A stretch of DNA of 52,256 bases from Octopus bimaculoides (GCF_001194135.2 NC_068982.1:2166771-2219026); one strand, 5' to 3'. Counted from the stretch's first letter, positions 38,890-51,870 are shown. Notes: generated from the sequence alone by a model not told the origin. A program made the numbers and translations.

Positions 38890-40685
38890 GAACAAGAGCT
38901 TCCAGCCAATTTCTTTCCAAACAAAAAGAGTTCGCTCAGAGCTGAATGCTTGAGTAACATCCGACCGCTTTCTCGGAGCAGACTTTGAGGAAGATGTAAG
39001 ATGCTGAAGAAAGTAAAAGATTCTGGTCAAATATATGGTCTCAAGAGTAACAGCACGAAAGTGAAGCAGAGTGGTTACAGACACTCAAAGGGGAGATTTG
39101 GGAGTATCAGCAGGAGAATTTGAGAATAACCAAGGAGAGGATTAGAGATCAAGGCAGGAACATTCCTAACTGGAAAGCGCCTGGCCCACATGGGGTTCAG
39201 GGCTTTAGGCTTAAAAACCTGACACTCTGCGCAGGAGAATTGCGAGAGAGCTGGACGAAATACTGAGTAGTGACATTCAAGTTCAGGCCTGAATGACAAA
39301 ATGAAGAACGATACTATGCCAGAAGGATCCAGGTAATGGGAATGCGGTTGGAAATTTCTGACCAATATCTTGTATGCCACTGATGTGGAAACTGATGATG
39401 AACATCATATCAAACAGCATCTATAAGTACCTAGATGAGAAAGATCTACTACCAGTGGAACAAAAAGGGTCTAGACGTAACAGCAGAAGAACGAAGCATC
39501 AATTACTAATCGATAAATCTATCCTGGCTGACTGCAAGAGGAGACACAAAAACTTGGCAATGGCATGGATGGTCTAAGGGAAAACATATGACAAGGTCCC
39601 CGCACTCATGGATTATTGAATGCCTTAAACTGCTTAAGGTCTCCCACAGTATCTTGAAGCTAATACAAAATTCAATGACAACATGGTGAACTGAACTCAC
39701 AGCATGGGGAAATAAGCTGGGAGAGGTAAATATAAAAAGAGGAATCTTTCAAAGTGACAGTCTGTCGCCTCTCCTATTTCTTGTCTGTGTACTGCCACTA
39801 ACCAGCGTTTTAAGAAAGATGCGCTTAGGGTAAAAGCTAGGCAGGGTGAAAGTAAACAATCTGTAGTTTATGGATGACCTAAAACTATTCGCTAAGACTC
39901 AGGAAGAAATAAAGTTTGACGGCCACTCAGCAAAAGGTCAGAAAAGATATTGGCAGGGAATTCGAGATCGAGAAATATAGTGTAGTGGTTCTCAAAAGGA
40001 GGAAAATCAGTAAAAGCCATGGGATCAAACTTGTAAGTGGTGAAACTATAAGGGAAGTTGGAGAGGACGGATATACGTGCCTCGGTATCATTGAAAGAGA
40101 TAATATCAATGAACACAAGATGAAAGAAATGTACAGGAAGGAGTATTTTCGGAGAACTCGGCTTGTGCTCCAATCGAAGATTAATGGCCGCTATAAAGTT
40201 AGAACAATTAACACGTGGGCTGTTGCTTTGATGAGATATGGGGCAGAAATAGTATCTTGGAAGATGCATGAATTACATGAGACAGACAGGAGAACACGTA
40301 AATTAATGACAGTGAACAAGGGACTACACCCCAAAAGAGATGTGAAGATTGTATGTAAAAGAGAGGGAGGGAAAACGGGGTTTGGCGTGTTGTGAAGGTT
40401 GTTTAAGGGAAGAGGAGAATATCAGTGATTGGTATGTCGAGGCGAGAAAAGAAGCAAAGATAACTGATGTTGCAATGTCAGGCGATTTGAGGGTGAAATG
40501 TAAGGAAATAAAAAAGAATGAGAAATACCAGACACTGCGGCACGAGATAGGAAAGTAATGGTGATACCGGTGGTAATTGGAGCATCAAGAGCTGTTTCCA
40601 AGGGTTTTGAAAAACCTATTAAGAATATTGAAGCTGCTGTTTCTATTTCTTGAAAAGAAGTCAAGAAATCTCCTAACGGTGCATG
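38890..40685 (+). mobile_element. R4/Dong-like REL LINE: RT core, thumb, internal deletion, REL C-terminus
   Basis: [19 protein letters not shown] (ORF 39374..39577), FQSDSLSPLLF, FMDDLKL, INTWAVALMRYGAEIVSW (ORF 39916..40395), DVAMSGD...EKYQTLRHEI, IPVVIGA. Confidence 0.9.
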
Positions 40686-41220
40686 GGACCCATCATCCAC
40701 GTGCCGACACTGATTGCCTTTACATGAAGAGAAGAAATTGAGGGGGTGCTGATAAGTGTGGAAGACTGCTTGCGTATCAGAATCGGGAGCTTAATGAGAT
40801 ACCAGGTCGAAAAGTAAGGAAACCTTGCTGGTGACAGTTAGGAACGAGGGAGTACTGAGAGCAGAGAAAAGGTAGCAAACAGAGCAAGGAGTAAAAAATG
40901 GACACGAAGAAGCACTACGCATCAAGGGGCAACACAACCAATTCCATGTAGCCAAAACAGAAGTTGCTGGGTAAAATAGGTGGGAACGGATGAAGAAAGG
41001 AACCCTAAAAAAGGAGACAGAAAGCACTATTCCAGCAGCGCAAGACCAAGCTATGGCCACGACCTGGAGGGTCAACCTTAGGAACGAGCAAGTGTTTCCG
41101 TTGTGTCGCATTTGTAATAGAGTGGATGAAACCATTGCCCATATCACAAACAAAAGCCCTAGACTTGCCCCAAATTACTACAAGTTGTAGCGACATGATC
41201 AGGTAGCCCTTATAATAATA
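40686..41220 (+). mobile_element. Second R4/Dong-like fragment (thumb, linker, CCHC), same family as 14040-15190
   Basis: HHPRADTDCLY...; ORF 40990..41190 LKKETESTIPAAQDQA...PLCRICNRVDETIAHI nearly matches ORF 14630..15184. Confidence 0.85.
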
Positions 41221-41461
41221 ATGTGTACTAGTCTGAAGGGCTCGATGATAATGAAAACGAATGAACCTAACTCTGGGTTACATGGAGAGAAGTTTTATTA
41301 CGGAGTGTGACAAATCAAATAAGGAAGGAAATGGATTAATTTTACATAATACAAACGACAGTAAGAATTAAAGAAAATGGTCTCAGATATACGTATTTGC
41401 ACATATGCTCACACATACACACATATACAGTCACACACACAAGCACAGGTACACACAAACA

Positions 41462-41495
<34 letters not shown>

Positions 41496-41939
41496 NNNNN
41501 NNNNNATATATATATATATGTATGTATGTATATATATGTATGTGTATATATGTATATATAAATGTGTGTGTGTATACATGCATAGGGAGGGACGGAGACA
41601 AAGAGTGAGTTGCACATATGTACCACACATACACACTTATAAATAATAACACAAATATTTATACAGAAAAATATCTAAAAAGTACAATAAAGTACTCAAT
41701 AATTAAAACCAGATATAGTTTATAACAATATTGCATGTAAAATTTTTCTTGCGTGCCGAACCGTCTTTAGACAACTGTTTCTGAAATTGTGCTTTGGAGA
41801 AACTGAATGCATCATTGATCCTATTTTGAGACAACATGTTTCTTTTAGATACCCAGCATATTGATGCCATTCTAGTTTAAGTTAGGAAAAGCATTTTAAT
41901 TTTAATTCCTTGTAATATTAGCTTTTATCGTTTACACGT

Positions 41940-42330
41940 TCCAGTCACGGGAATGCATCAATGCTGTGGCATCGCCTTGAAGACTTTTTAATCGAATGAA
42001 TCGACGTCAGGACTTGTTTTTCCAGAATGCTGGTTCCTATACTATCGGTCACTTTGCCGAAATATGATATTACCTAACAGGACGTAATACGAAATATGAC
42101 ATAAATCCACCAACACTGAATATCAAGCGGTAAGGTTGACTAACACAGACTTAATCACACACACACGCCCATTTATATATACAGGATGGGCTTTTTTCAG
42201 TTTCTGTCTACGAAATCCACTCACAAGGCATTGTTTATCCTGTGTCTATTGCGGAAATCACATGCCCAAGTTGCCAGGCAGTGGGACTGAACCCTGAACC
42301 ATGTGGTTAGGAAGCAAGCTTCTTAACATT
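41940..42330 (-). mobile_element. SINE family B, full-length but degenerate, with internal (TA)/(TG) microsatellite
   Basis: Minus-strand head AAGAAGCTTGCTTCCTAACCACATGGTTCAGGGTTCAGTCCCACTGCC (B-box-like), then microsatellite, then 3' half matching 33355-33540. Confidence 0.65.
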
Positions 42331-43817
42331 GATAATTATACATTTATGTTGATTGATTTTTCTTATTCCAACAATCATGGCACAATATACGCTTCATTCG
42401 TTCTGTTAGCATTTTTTTTTACACATTTCGAAAAGAGTTGAATTGTGTTTCATTTTCGTTCTTTTCATGTATTTCGTTACTTTCCGGAACATGATTTCAA
42501 TGTTGTTTGGAGGATTTGTACTATTCACATTTTTGTATTCTTTTTAAATTGTCGTCATCTCTTGAGAATTTCTATTCTTTTTTCAGATCTTTGCTCTTTG
42601 GATTTCACTTTTCAGTTTCTTCAATTTCTGTTCCAACTGAATACATATTTGGTGTGTTGGTGTAGTTTTGTAAAGTTCTCATTGACATGAAAGTCATTTT
42701 CGTCATAGATCAATTAATAAAGACTTAATAGCTTTTAGAGATTGCAAATTTTGGATAGTTGTAGCCCGTCGAGAGCCACAGATATATAGGTGCTGTTCTT
42801 ATAGTAACAAGCAAGTGTGTTACTAAGCTCCTTTCCGCGTGTTCTGTTTGACGCTTATTAAATGCTTAAAATATATGCAGTATGAGATGTGCTAAAAATA
42901 AAAAATAAATAGGCCTTAAGTAACGCACGAAAAATATCTTCTTTGTTTTTGCATAATCGCATGAATTCCCGTGTGTAGAATAAAAATTCGCAAAGGTTTT
43001 CTGAAAATTCCAAAAAATAAAAAAATGTTATAAGAGGCTGTATCACAGGAGTGAAGCAGAATCCGGCCAATATTTCGTTTGTTTACAATTGACAACACGC
43101 GCTGTCACGCATAAAAGGACAGCTTCCAAATCTTGTTTTCGAATTGGATAAAAAAAAACCCAAAACATCATCAACATTTAAACCTTCGTAACTTTTATTA
43201 AAACTTTTTTCTGGAAAAAGTCTATTATCTCCAGAGATTTAGCGTTGAAAATTCCATCAATAGAATAAATTCTAAAATATTCACAAATCTTGTTTTACTT
43301 CATCTGCAAATAATCCTTCCTCGCTGCAAGAAAACTTTCAGTTACTAAATATGTGTACTTTTAGGAAAAGATGCACTTACTCATTTATTTGTAATATACA
43401 TCTCAAGATATTTGACTGTTTTCGTATGACCATATACTTGGCATGTACTCCTCTGGAAACTAAACTGTTCTTTAAATGTTGTTCCTTATTTTCATTTTTA
43501 TTCTATTGTTTAACCCACCAATTCTTCGGGTTATTTAGCTACCAGGTGAGGTTCTTCTCCGGCGAATGTAGCAGAAATCTCTCTATATTCAATGCTCAAG
43601 CCCATGCTCTTGGCTTCAACGCCTTCTACTGAGTTCCGGCATGTCTCCGTGGCCTGATGGGTTCATTACAATGCATTTTGCAGATTCCGGACCACGCACA
43701 GTTCAACTTTCGGTTAGCCTCCTTCGATTTCTTTCTTATACTGCTACACGGATTTCACTACTAAACATTTGCTTCTATCGTACTCATAATCTCTTATTCT
43801 AACTCTTGTGATTTCAC

Positions 43818-43891
<74 letters not shown>

Positions 43892-43916
43892 ACACAGAGA
43901 CACACACACACACACA
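43818..43916. repeat. (CA)n microsatellite
   Basis: Read directly. Confidence 0.95.
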
Positions 43917-44759
43917 TTATAAAGTTAGAGTAATGTCTGGCAATTCCAGCCTATGTTTTATCTGCTCCTCCAGTTTTAAACGTAAAACAAATACTGCCAT
44001 GGCTTTTGCCATTCTTAATTCAGATAATCTCTCTTGATATATTCTACAGATTTTGTTGTAGTAATTGACGTGAGGAGATATTTAATCCGCTTTTGTCTTT
44101 ACATAATTAGTAATATATATAATCTTTTTTTTCTCTTTAGCCTCACCTAGATTGTCTTCTGCCGGAAAGAAATGTTAATGATTTTTTACAAAATCCATCC
44201 TTCTATATAGTTTTCTTGTTTCATAGCTTTATTTATTTTGCCAGAAATGATCGACCTTACTAAGTCCTTCTATGAACAGGATGCAGAATTTGAATTGTTT
44301 AATCGTGGTTACTGCTATAGACGTTGGTCTTCCAGTCTCTGTCTTTCAAAGTATGTATCTGTGTATTTAGGGCATTTCGACTAATTGTACTCCGTTAATT
44401 TCCTTTTCATATTAGGCGTTTATTCGGTATTTCGTTTTGTATTTTTCATTGCCACTGCAGGATTGTTGCTTTAGTTCAAAAGTATGTATGGGAGCCGTTG
44501 CGGATGTGAATATATCAAATATTATTTAAAAGAGTTTAAATTTTGTAAAACAAACCATATTTTGTTATTTTCTACGATGGGAAAACGAAGACAGCCTGGA
44601 ATTTTGTTAACTTTCTGATTTGTGGCCCATCAAAAACACCAGCCGTTATTTTATCATAGCTTAGGCCAGGAAATGTACATCTGAATTTGAAACAGTTACT
44701 CTCCACATTAAGAGCTTTGACAAATTACTTCATTAGTCTTAGTTTAATATGAAGGGATG

Positions 44760-45226
44760 GAAAGATAATTATCTCTCGCTCAATAAGTGTCTCTTCATTG
44801 ACATGACTGTCAAGACCTATGAAAAACTGAGCAAGTATAAAAATTTTGAAATAGAAATTAGCAAAATGTGGAACCTCAAGACTAAAACAATACCTGTTGT
44901 CATTGGTGCCCTAGGAACGATAGCAAAAGGGGCTGATTGCTACCTCGCTCTGATACCAGGAAACCCGAAAATGGCCGACATTCAAAAGATAGTGCTCATG
45001 GGAACTTCCCATATCCTATGTAAAATACCGTCTATGTAATCTCAAATTTTAAAATAGACTTATAATTTTCTTATGTTTCCTTCAACATTCTTTAGAACAA
45101 TACTATGTGCAAGACTAAATATATGACTTCCTAGGCATAACACCAACATGAACTTCTAACTTGTCTCTTGAAGTCTCTGGGTGAGACTTGGAGTCAACTG
45201 GTTCAAATACTAAGCATAGGTCAGAC

Positions 45227-45230
<4 letters not shown>
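44760..45230 (+). mobile_element. R4/Dong-like LINE 3' end (REL C-terminus, 3'UTR, (AAT)n tail)
   Basis: ORF 44749..45039 CLFIDMTV..EKLSKYKNFEIEISKMWNLKTKTIPVVIGALG...QKIVLMGTSHIL. Confidence 0.9.
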
Positions 45231-45297
<67 letters not shown>

Positions 45298-45309
45298 GTA
45301 ATGATAATG

Positions 45310-45386
<77 letters not shown>
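45229..45386. repeat. (AAT)n microsatellite with (GAT)-variant centre
   Basis: Read directly. Confidence 0.95.
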
Positions 45387-45388
<2 letters not shown>

Positions 45389-45737
45389 AAAGACCTGGAA
45401 ATAGAGATAACTCGAATGTGGAATCTAAAAACAGAAACAATTCCTATCATAGTAGGTGCCTTAGGTATAATAAAAAAATATTCAGACAAATACATAACAA
45501 AAACACCAGGACTTACAAATATATATAACATGCAGAAAATTGCACTACTGGGTACTGCACACATTCTACGAAAAACACTTTCAATACAGTAAACATAAGA
45601 GCACCATGCACACATTCTACGCAAAACACTTTCAATACAGTAAACATAAGAGCACCACAGCAAACCACAGCACATACCCAAGGCGCACAGAGCTGCGCTC
45701 GGTAGTGAAGTGAAAGCACGTTATAAAAATAAAACTA

Positions 45738-45771
<34 letters not shown>

Positions 45772-45772
45772 T
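45387..45772 (+). mobile_element. R4/Dong-like LINE 3' end, (AAT)n on both sides, internal 51-bp duplication (45556-45657)
   Basis: KDLEIEITRMWNLKTETIPIIVGALGIIKKYSDKYITKTPGLTNIYNMQKIALLGTAHILRKTLSIQ*; near-identical to 51870-52256. Confidence 0.92.
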
Positions 45773-45799
45773 TAAGAAGAAGAAGAAGAAGAAGAAGAC

Positions 45800-46170
45800 T
45801 GGCGGCAACAACATATAATGTGGAAACATCCATTATGTACAGCAGTCTTATCAGTAATAAACAAAAAACCTAATTCGACAGCTGTAAAATGCCTTGCAAC
45901 ATCTTACAACAAAAATACCTGGTGAATTACATATTTGGAGACCAACAATATTCTAGCAGAAGAAACGAAAATAAACTCTGCCGGAAACTGATGTATGGCT
46001 GCCAGTGAACCGGGTGATTATAGAAGATTATCAACAGAGAAAAAAATAACTTCAATATGGCAGTCGACTGCTTTCCAGAAGAATTTCGACAGCATACCAC
46101 ACTCATGGATATTACCGCCATTCTATATAAGCGAAGCAGCTCTAACTATGCCGTGGGATATGTCATGTGA
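45800..46170 (+). mobile_element. R4/Dong-like RT fragment
   Basis: NFDSIPHSWIL (cf. KAFDSVPHSWI), preceded by decayed sequence resembling the EQ.GC region. Confidence 0.6.
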
Positions 46171-46502
46171 TAACAAATGAAACATTTCCATAATATTATT
46201 TAAAAAATAAGGGAAAATATACAGAGACTTTCAAATCCATTTCTGTACTCTTTTTCTGTTACATAGATGGGATACAGTCTATTTAAATTAAAAAGTAATA
46301 ATTGATATTAGTCAAATGTTGTTGATCGATATTTCTCCAATTCTTGTTTACTTTAAATTTGTTTCCTGATAAACTTATGTTTATATTTGTCATTACCTGT
46401 AAACTTACGAGCATAATATGCTGGCACATGTATGTCCACGGTGAACATAGATAATTATACTTTTATCCCTTAGCCGGTTATTCCCACCGCAAACTCTACT
46501 AG

Positions 46503-47060
46503 AACAAACAAATCAACAACCCTCTAAACAATAGGAATAAATCCAACCCTAGGCCAACACCCCTTACTAGGAGGGATGCACACCGAAAAAACGATAGCGC
46601 CACACAACAACACACATACATAGACACCCGTCATAACCTATGTGGCTGTAGAGATAGGAACAAATGCAATTTCTCCAATAGGTGCAGGACAGATAATATA
46701 GTTTACCAATGTGATGTACAAACAAATAGCCACACTAAATCTTATATTGGGGGAACGAGTAACCAAATACCTTTAAGATATAATGAGCACTTAGCGAGTT
46801 TTAAAAACAGAAATAAGGCAAATTCTACAGGGCTTAGTAGGTATATCTGGGAACTAAACGACAATAAGATAGAATATAAACTAAAGTGGCACATACTAAA
46901 AGTAGCTAATTCCTATAACCCAACTAACAGACGGTGCAATCTCTGTGTAACAGAATGCCTCGAAATCCTAACAGCTAAGAACGAATTATTAAACAGGAGA
47001 TATGAATCTAGTCTAATCTGTCTTCACGCTACTAAATACTCATTCTCTAAGTATAATTAA
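46503..47060 (+). mobile_element. Penelope-like element, GIY-YIG endonuclease; stop-free frame of 185 codons with no start codon
   Basis: CGCRDRNKC..SNRC..NIVYQCDV..SYIGGTSNQIPLRYNEHLASF..STGLSRYIWEL..KWHIL..CNLCVTEC..LLNRRYE..CLH; translated by hand with no stop from 46503 to TAA at 47058-47060. Confidence 0.88.
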
Positions 47061-47900
47061 ATATATAATACATTACACCTCCTAAGCAAAACTAAATATG
47101 TATAAAATAGCTTTATTNNNNNNNNNNNNNNNNNNNNNNNNNNNNNNNNNNNNNNNNNNNNNNNNNNNNNNNNNNNNNNNNNNNNNNNNNNNNNNNNNNN
47201 NNNNNNNNNNNNNNNNNNNNNNNNNNNNNNNNNNNNNNNNNNNNNNNNNNNNNNNNNNNNNNNNNNNNNNNNNNNNNNNNNNNNNNNNNNNNNNNNNNNN
47301 NNNNNNNNNNNNNNNNNNNNNNNNNNNNNNNNNNNNNNNNNNNNNNNNNNNNNNNNNNNNNNNNNNNNNNNNNNNNNNNNNNNNNNNNNNNNNNNNNNNN
47401 NNNNNNNNNNNNNNNNNNNNNNNNNNNNNNNNNNNNNNNNNNNNNNNNNNNNNNNNNNNNNNNNNNNNNNNNNNNNNNNNNNNNNNNNNNNNNNNNNNNN
47501 NNNNNNNNNNNNNNNNNNNNNNNNNNNNNNNNNNNNNNNNNNNNNNNNNNNNNNNNNNNNNNNNNNNNNNNNNNNNNNNNNNNNNNNNNNNNNNNNNNNN
47601 NNNNNNNNNNNNNNNNNNNNNNNNNNNNNNNNNNNNNNNNNNNNNNNNNNNNNNNNNNNNNNNNNNNNNNNNNNNNNNNNNNNNNNNNNNNNNNNNNNNN
47701 NNNNNNNNNNNNNNNNNNNNNNNNNNNNNNNNNNNNNNNNNNNNNNNNNNNNNNNNNNNNNNNNNNNNNNNNNNNNNNNNNNNNNNNNNNNNNNNNNNNN
47801 NNNNNNNNNNNNNNNNNNNNNNNNNNNNNNNNNNNNNNNNNNNNNNNNNNNNNNNNNNNNNNNNNNNNNNNNNNNNNNNNNNNNNNNNNNNNNNNNNNNN

Positions 47901-49129
47901 GTTGGACAAAATAATAGAAACACCTAGTATCATAGCATCATAATTTTGAAATATCTATAAAACTGTCAAAAGCTTGTTTATTTTAATGTGTTTTTTTTAT
48001 TAGTGGTACTTAATGTTTTGATAGATATCATCAGAAAAAAGTAATTAAAATTCATTAAAATGACAGATCTATCGGACTTTCAAAGAGGTCAAATTGTTGG
48101 TGCTCGTATGGCAACTAAAACAGCCAAAATGTTTGGTGTATCAAGAAGTACTATAATGACAGCCATAGCGAAAGAAAGAAAAACCTCTTCGTCGAAACAA
48201 AACTCCGGAAGAATTCCAGAACCTTTATATAGTGACCGTCGGACCCTTACGCGAATTGTTAGAAAGGATCACAAACGTACTGCTCCCAAAATTACTGCAG
48301 AGCTTAATGACCACCTCGTGAACCCAACTTCCCCAAAAACTTCGCCGGGAGCTGCACAAAACCGGATTCCACGGGAGGGCTGCAATCAAAATAAAACGCT
48401 ACTTTCAAAAACAAACGTTGCAAAGCGTTAAAGAGTGGAGTAAAAACCTACAGAATTGGTCCCTAGAGCAATGGAAGAATGTTATTTTCTCGAACGAGTC
48501 AGCCATTACCTTATTTCCGACCACCGGCCGAGTGTGCGTGCAGAGACAGCCAAGAGAAGCATTTGACCCAGACTGCCTTCTTCCAATTATTAAACATGAT
48601 GGAGGATCTGTGATGATCTGGGTGGTAGGGCTATATCTTGAAAATCCGCCGGCTGAATGGTTTCTCTTCATGACAGAATTAATATTCAAGACTATTTAAG
48701 CATTTTATCTGATCAAATTCATCCTATGATTGCGGAACTATTTCCGGAGGGAAACACAATGTTTCAGGATGATAATGCACCAATTCACAAATCTAAAGTT
48801 GTTGCTGAATAGCACGAGGAACATTCTAGTGAAGTTGAACATCTTATTTGGCCACCACAGGCCCCAGATCTCAATATTATTGAACATTTATGGTGCATTT
48901 TAGAAAAACAAGTAAGGCGTCGATATCCTCTACCGTCCATCACTGCAAGAACTTGAGACTGTTTTAGCTGAAGAATGGGCAAACATTCCTTTGGAACCAA
49001 TTCAAATTTTGTACGAATCCATACCTCGTAGAATTCCAGCTATAATTACTGGCAAAGGCAGTTCCACCCGATATTGAAACAAATTTGTTTGAAATTTTAA
49101 CGTGTTTCCATTATTTTGTCCAACCCCTG
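47901..49129 (+). mobile_element. Tc1/mariner DNA transposon with DD36E transposase, decayed
   Basis: TIRs GTTGGACAAAATAATAGAAACAC (47901-47923, cut by the gap) and GTGTTTCCATTATTTTGTCCAACCCCTG (49102-49129) followed by TA. Transposase runs 48060-49077 (MTDLSDFQRGQIVG, FSNES, KHDGGSVMIW, FQDDNAPIH, WPPQAPDLNIIEHLW) with frameshifts and stops. Confidence 0.93.
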
Positions 49130-49349
49130 TATATATATATATATATATNNNNNNNNNNNNNNNNNNNNNNNNNNNNNNNNNNNNNNNNNNNNNNNNNNNN
49201 NNNNNNNNNNNNNNNNNNNNNNNNNNNNNNNNNNNNNNNNNNNNNNNNNNNNNNNNNNNNNNNNNNNNNNNNNNNNNNNNNNNNNNNNNNNNNNNNNNNN
49301 NNNNNNNNNNNNNNNNNNNNNNNNNTATATATATATATATATATATATG

Positions 49350-49505
49350 TATGACGAGCTTCTTTTGGTTTCCCTCTATCAAATCCACTCACAAGTCTGG
49401 TCGACCCGAGGCTACAGTAGAAGTCACTCACTCAAGGTTCTACGCAGTAGGACTGCACCCAGAATCATGTGGTTGGGAAGCAACGACACAGCCACACCTG
49501 CGCCT
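49350..49505 (-). mobile_element. SINE family B head, running into (TA)n and gap 49149-49325
   Basis: Minus-strand AGGCGCAGGTGTGGCTGTGT...CCCAACCACATGATTCTGGGTGCAGTCC...TTGTGAGTGGATTTG, matching 42190-42330. Confidence 0.75.
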
Positions 49506-51614
49506 TACGAAGAAAAATCTTCCACGTTGAATTCTTAAAACACACACGCACGCACCCTCCTCCCTTGTTCTCACCCCATTAAGAATGTTTCTGAAGGAAA
49601 CCATCATACGAAATTATAAATCACCTTCTGTATATCATCATCATCATCATCATCAACATCAACAAACACAACAACAGTAACAGCAACTCGTGGAAATCAT
49701 TGCCTCGAGTGCTAGATTACCTGGGTCCCAAAGGGTTCCAAATCGTATACGTGGCTGAGCGCAATGCCAGCACCGGAAGGGGACGCCAGTCTGTTACTGC
49801 GTTACTCAGAAGCATGTGACCGTCGAGATTTAAGAACAGACCGAAGGGATATCATAAAGACAGGATGAATATATGATGAGATTATCGAATGTAAACTGCA
49901 ATCATGATTATCTGTTGATATGTAAAACAAAGGATAATGACACCTAACTATATGAGCATCAACGCATACGAATAACTGATAGGAATAAAACGTAAGAAAA
50001 ATCTTCTTTGAAGTAATGAGGACTTCACTATATGAACGATAGACCTGTTTGAAAAAGTGTCTAAATATCCCTGAAAATATATCCTATTGTCATATGGGAG
50101 AACAATCCAGACATCGCAGCCAGTATCCGAACTGGATGATGAGTGTTGGCACGTCTTTGATAATAGTTTGTTGCATCAAAGCATATTTCATTCAATAACA
50201 AAATTTCTTATGTTGAATCATATGGAAAACTTTCGTGATTCATAAGTTCAGATGAATTCATACAAGAAGCTTCTCGGGATTAATCGTGTGCATTCCAATT
50301 GTCACTGTAGGATTAGAGCAGCAAAGACCATTATACAACGCGATCTATAAATATCCATAAACAAAATAGATATTTCAAAATCCGTCAATATAACAACCGA
50401 TATGCATGTACGACATATTACATATGCGTGTGTGCAATAGGTATGTGTGTTTCATATAAAAAACGCAAACTCTTACATACGCATCCGTATATATGGAATG
50501 CTTATGGGTATTAAAATATGGTTATAAATATTCTCAGAAATATGTTTGATTGGATTACCAAAATATTGGCTTCGACAATGAACACATGAATTGTGCCGTG
50601 TCCTGAATAAATTAACCATCTTTTGTCAAAATAATATGAAAATAGAAATATATTGAGAGTAATATATTGAATGTAGTATTTTTGAATAAATGTTAAATAC
50701 AAGGTGTACACTGATTGCTAATATGCTGAAAATAAGTTATAATCTGCTTTATGTGATCAGAACTGATAAAACGTTCGAATAATTGCTACAGTTTGTTTAG
50801 ATTGAATGGACAATTAGAAGACAAAGACGTTAACCAGTAAACATATATGAAAGCAAAAGATTACACGGTGCGAGTAGAGACTGGGTAGCTAGAGGAAAGA
50901 AAAGAAATAGCACAAACACGGAATTGTACGGAAATAATTATTAGTTTAGGTAGATTGAATTTCTGATGGAGAATGATATGTACGATAATTAAGAGGAATA
51001 TGTTGGTGTTATTGTATGTAAACAGAGAGGAAGCATGGGTGACAGCAGAATATATGATGATATTTCTCTTGTGTCTTGTGTGAAAACTATTTAAGAAATC
51101 GGAAAGCATATTCAAAAGAAGAATCAGCAGATCAAATTATTCTGTTAACGAAATAGAAGATGAAAATGTCGTAGAAATCAAGGATAAATAATATACGTAT
51201 TAGTGTTGAATCATTTGATATAATGCCATAGATTCGAAGCTTTTTTTAAAAAAAAAAAAAAAGAAAATAAGACTTCATCGATTTATACAGACAGGATCTG
51301 AACATAAGGTGTGACAAACATTACAGGAGTTTCTAGGCTGTTATAGAATTTCTGTTAACACCAAAATGAAAACCTATGTCTGCTACGTTTGACTGACGGC
51401 AACAATATTTTATGAAGAGCATAACGTAATATGCCCCAGAAAGAGTTGGGCCCATCATAAAATGAATAAAGTAACGTCCCCGCAAAGAGGGTTTCATTTT
51501 TGAATGGTGATGGATGTCAATTACATATCGCATTTGATCAATAGTTTTGAACAGCGCTACACAAACAGCAAAAACCTTTGTCTATTATCCTTTCGGAATC
51601 GATACAATATCGGG

Positions 51615-51870
51615 CAGTGGGGTCGATAAAATACCGTGTAGTGGAGTCGTGATAATTTACTGACCCCTCTCCCCGCCGGGCAAAACGCTTTCCGGTGTTT
51701 CGTCTGGGTTCATAATCTGAGTTCAAATACCGTCGAGGTAAATTTGCCTTTTTCTCTTTTTTAGATTCGATAAATTAAGTATTAGTCGAGCACTGAGGGC
51801 GATTGATCGACTTACTCCGAATCCTGAAATTGCTGGCCTTGTGCCAAAACTTGAAACTATTATTATTATT
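51615..51870 (+). mobile_element. SINE family A, partial copy plus near-complete copy
   Basis: CGCCGGGCAAAACGCTT...GAGTTCAAATACC...GGCCTTGTGCCAAAACTTGAAAC(TAT)n. Confidence 0.75.

Noticed and set aside
43500-43690. GC-richer island with short open frames on both strands
   Set aside because: No consistent acceptor/donor pair and no recognisable peptide.
45115-45829. Poly-N, poly-I, poly-Y and poly-L ORFs (also 13489-14158 and 15140-15337)
   Set aside because: They are translations of (AAT)n microsatellites.
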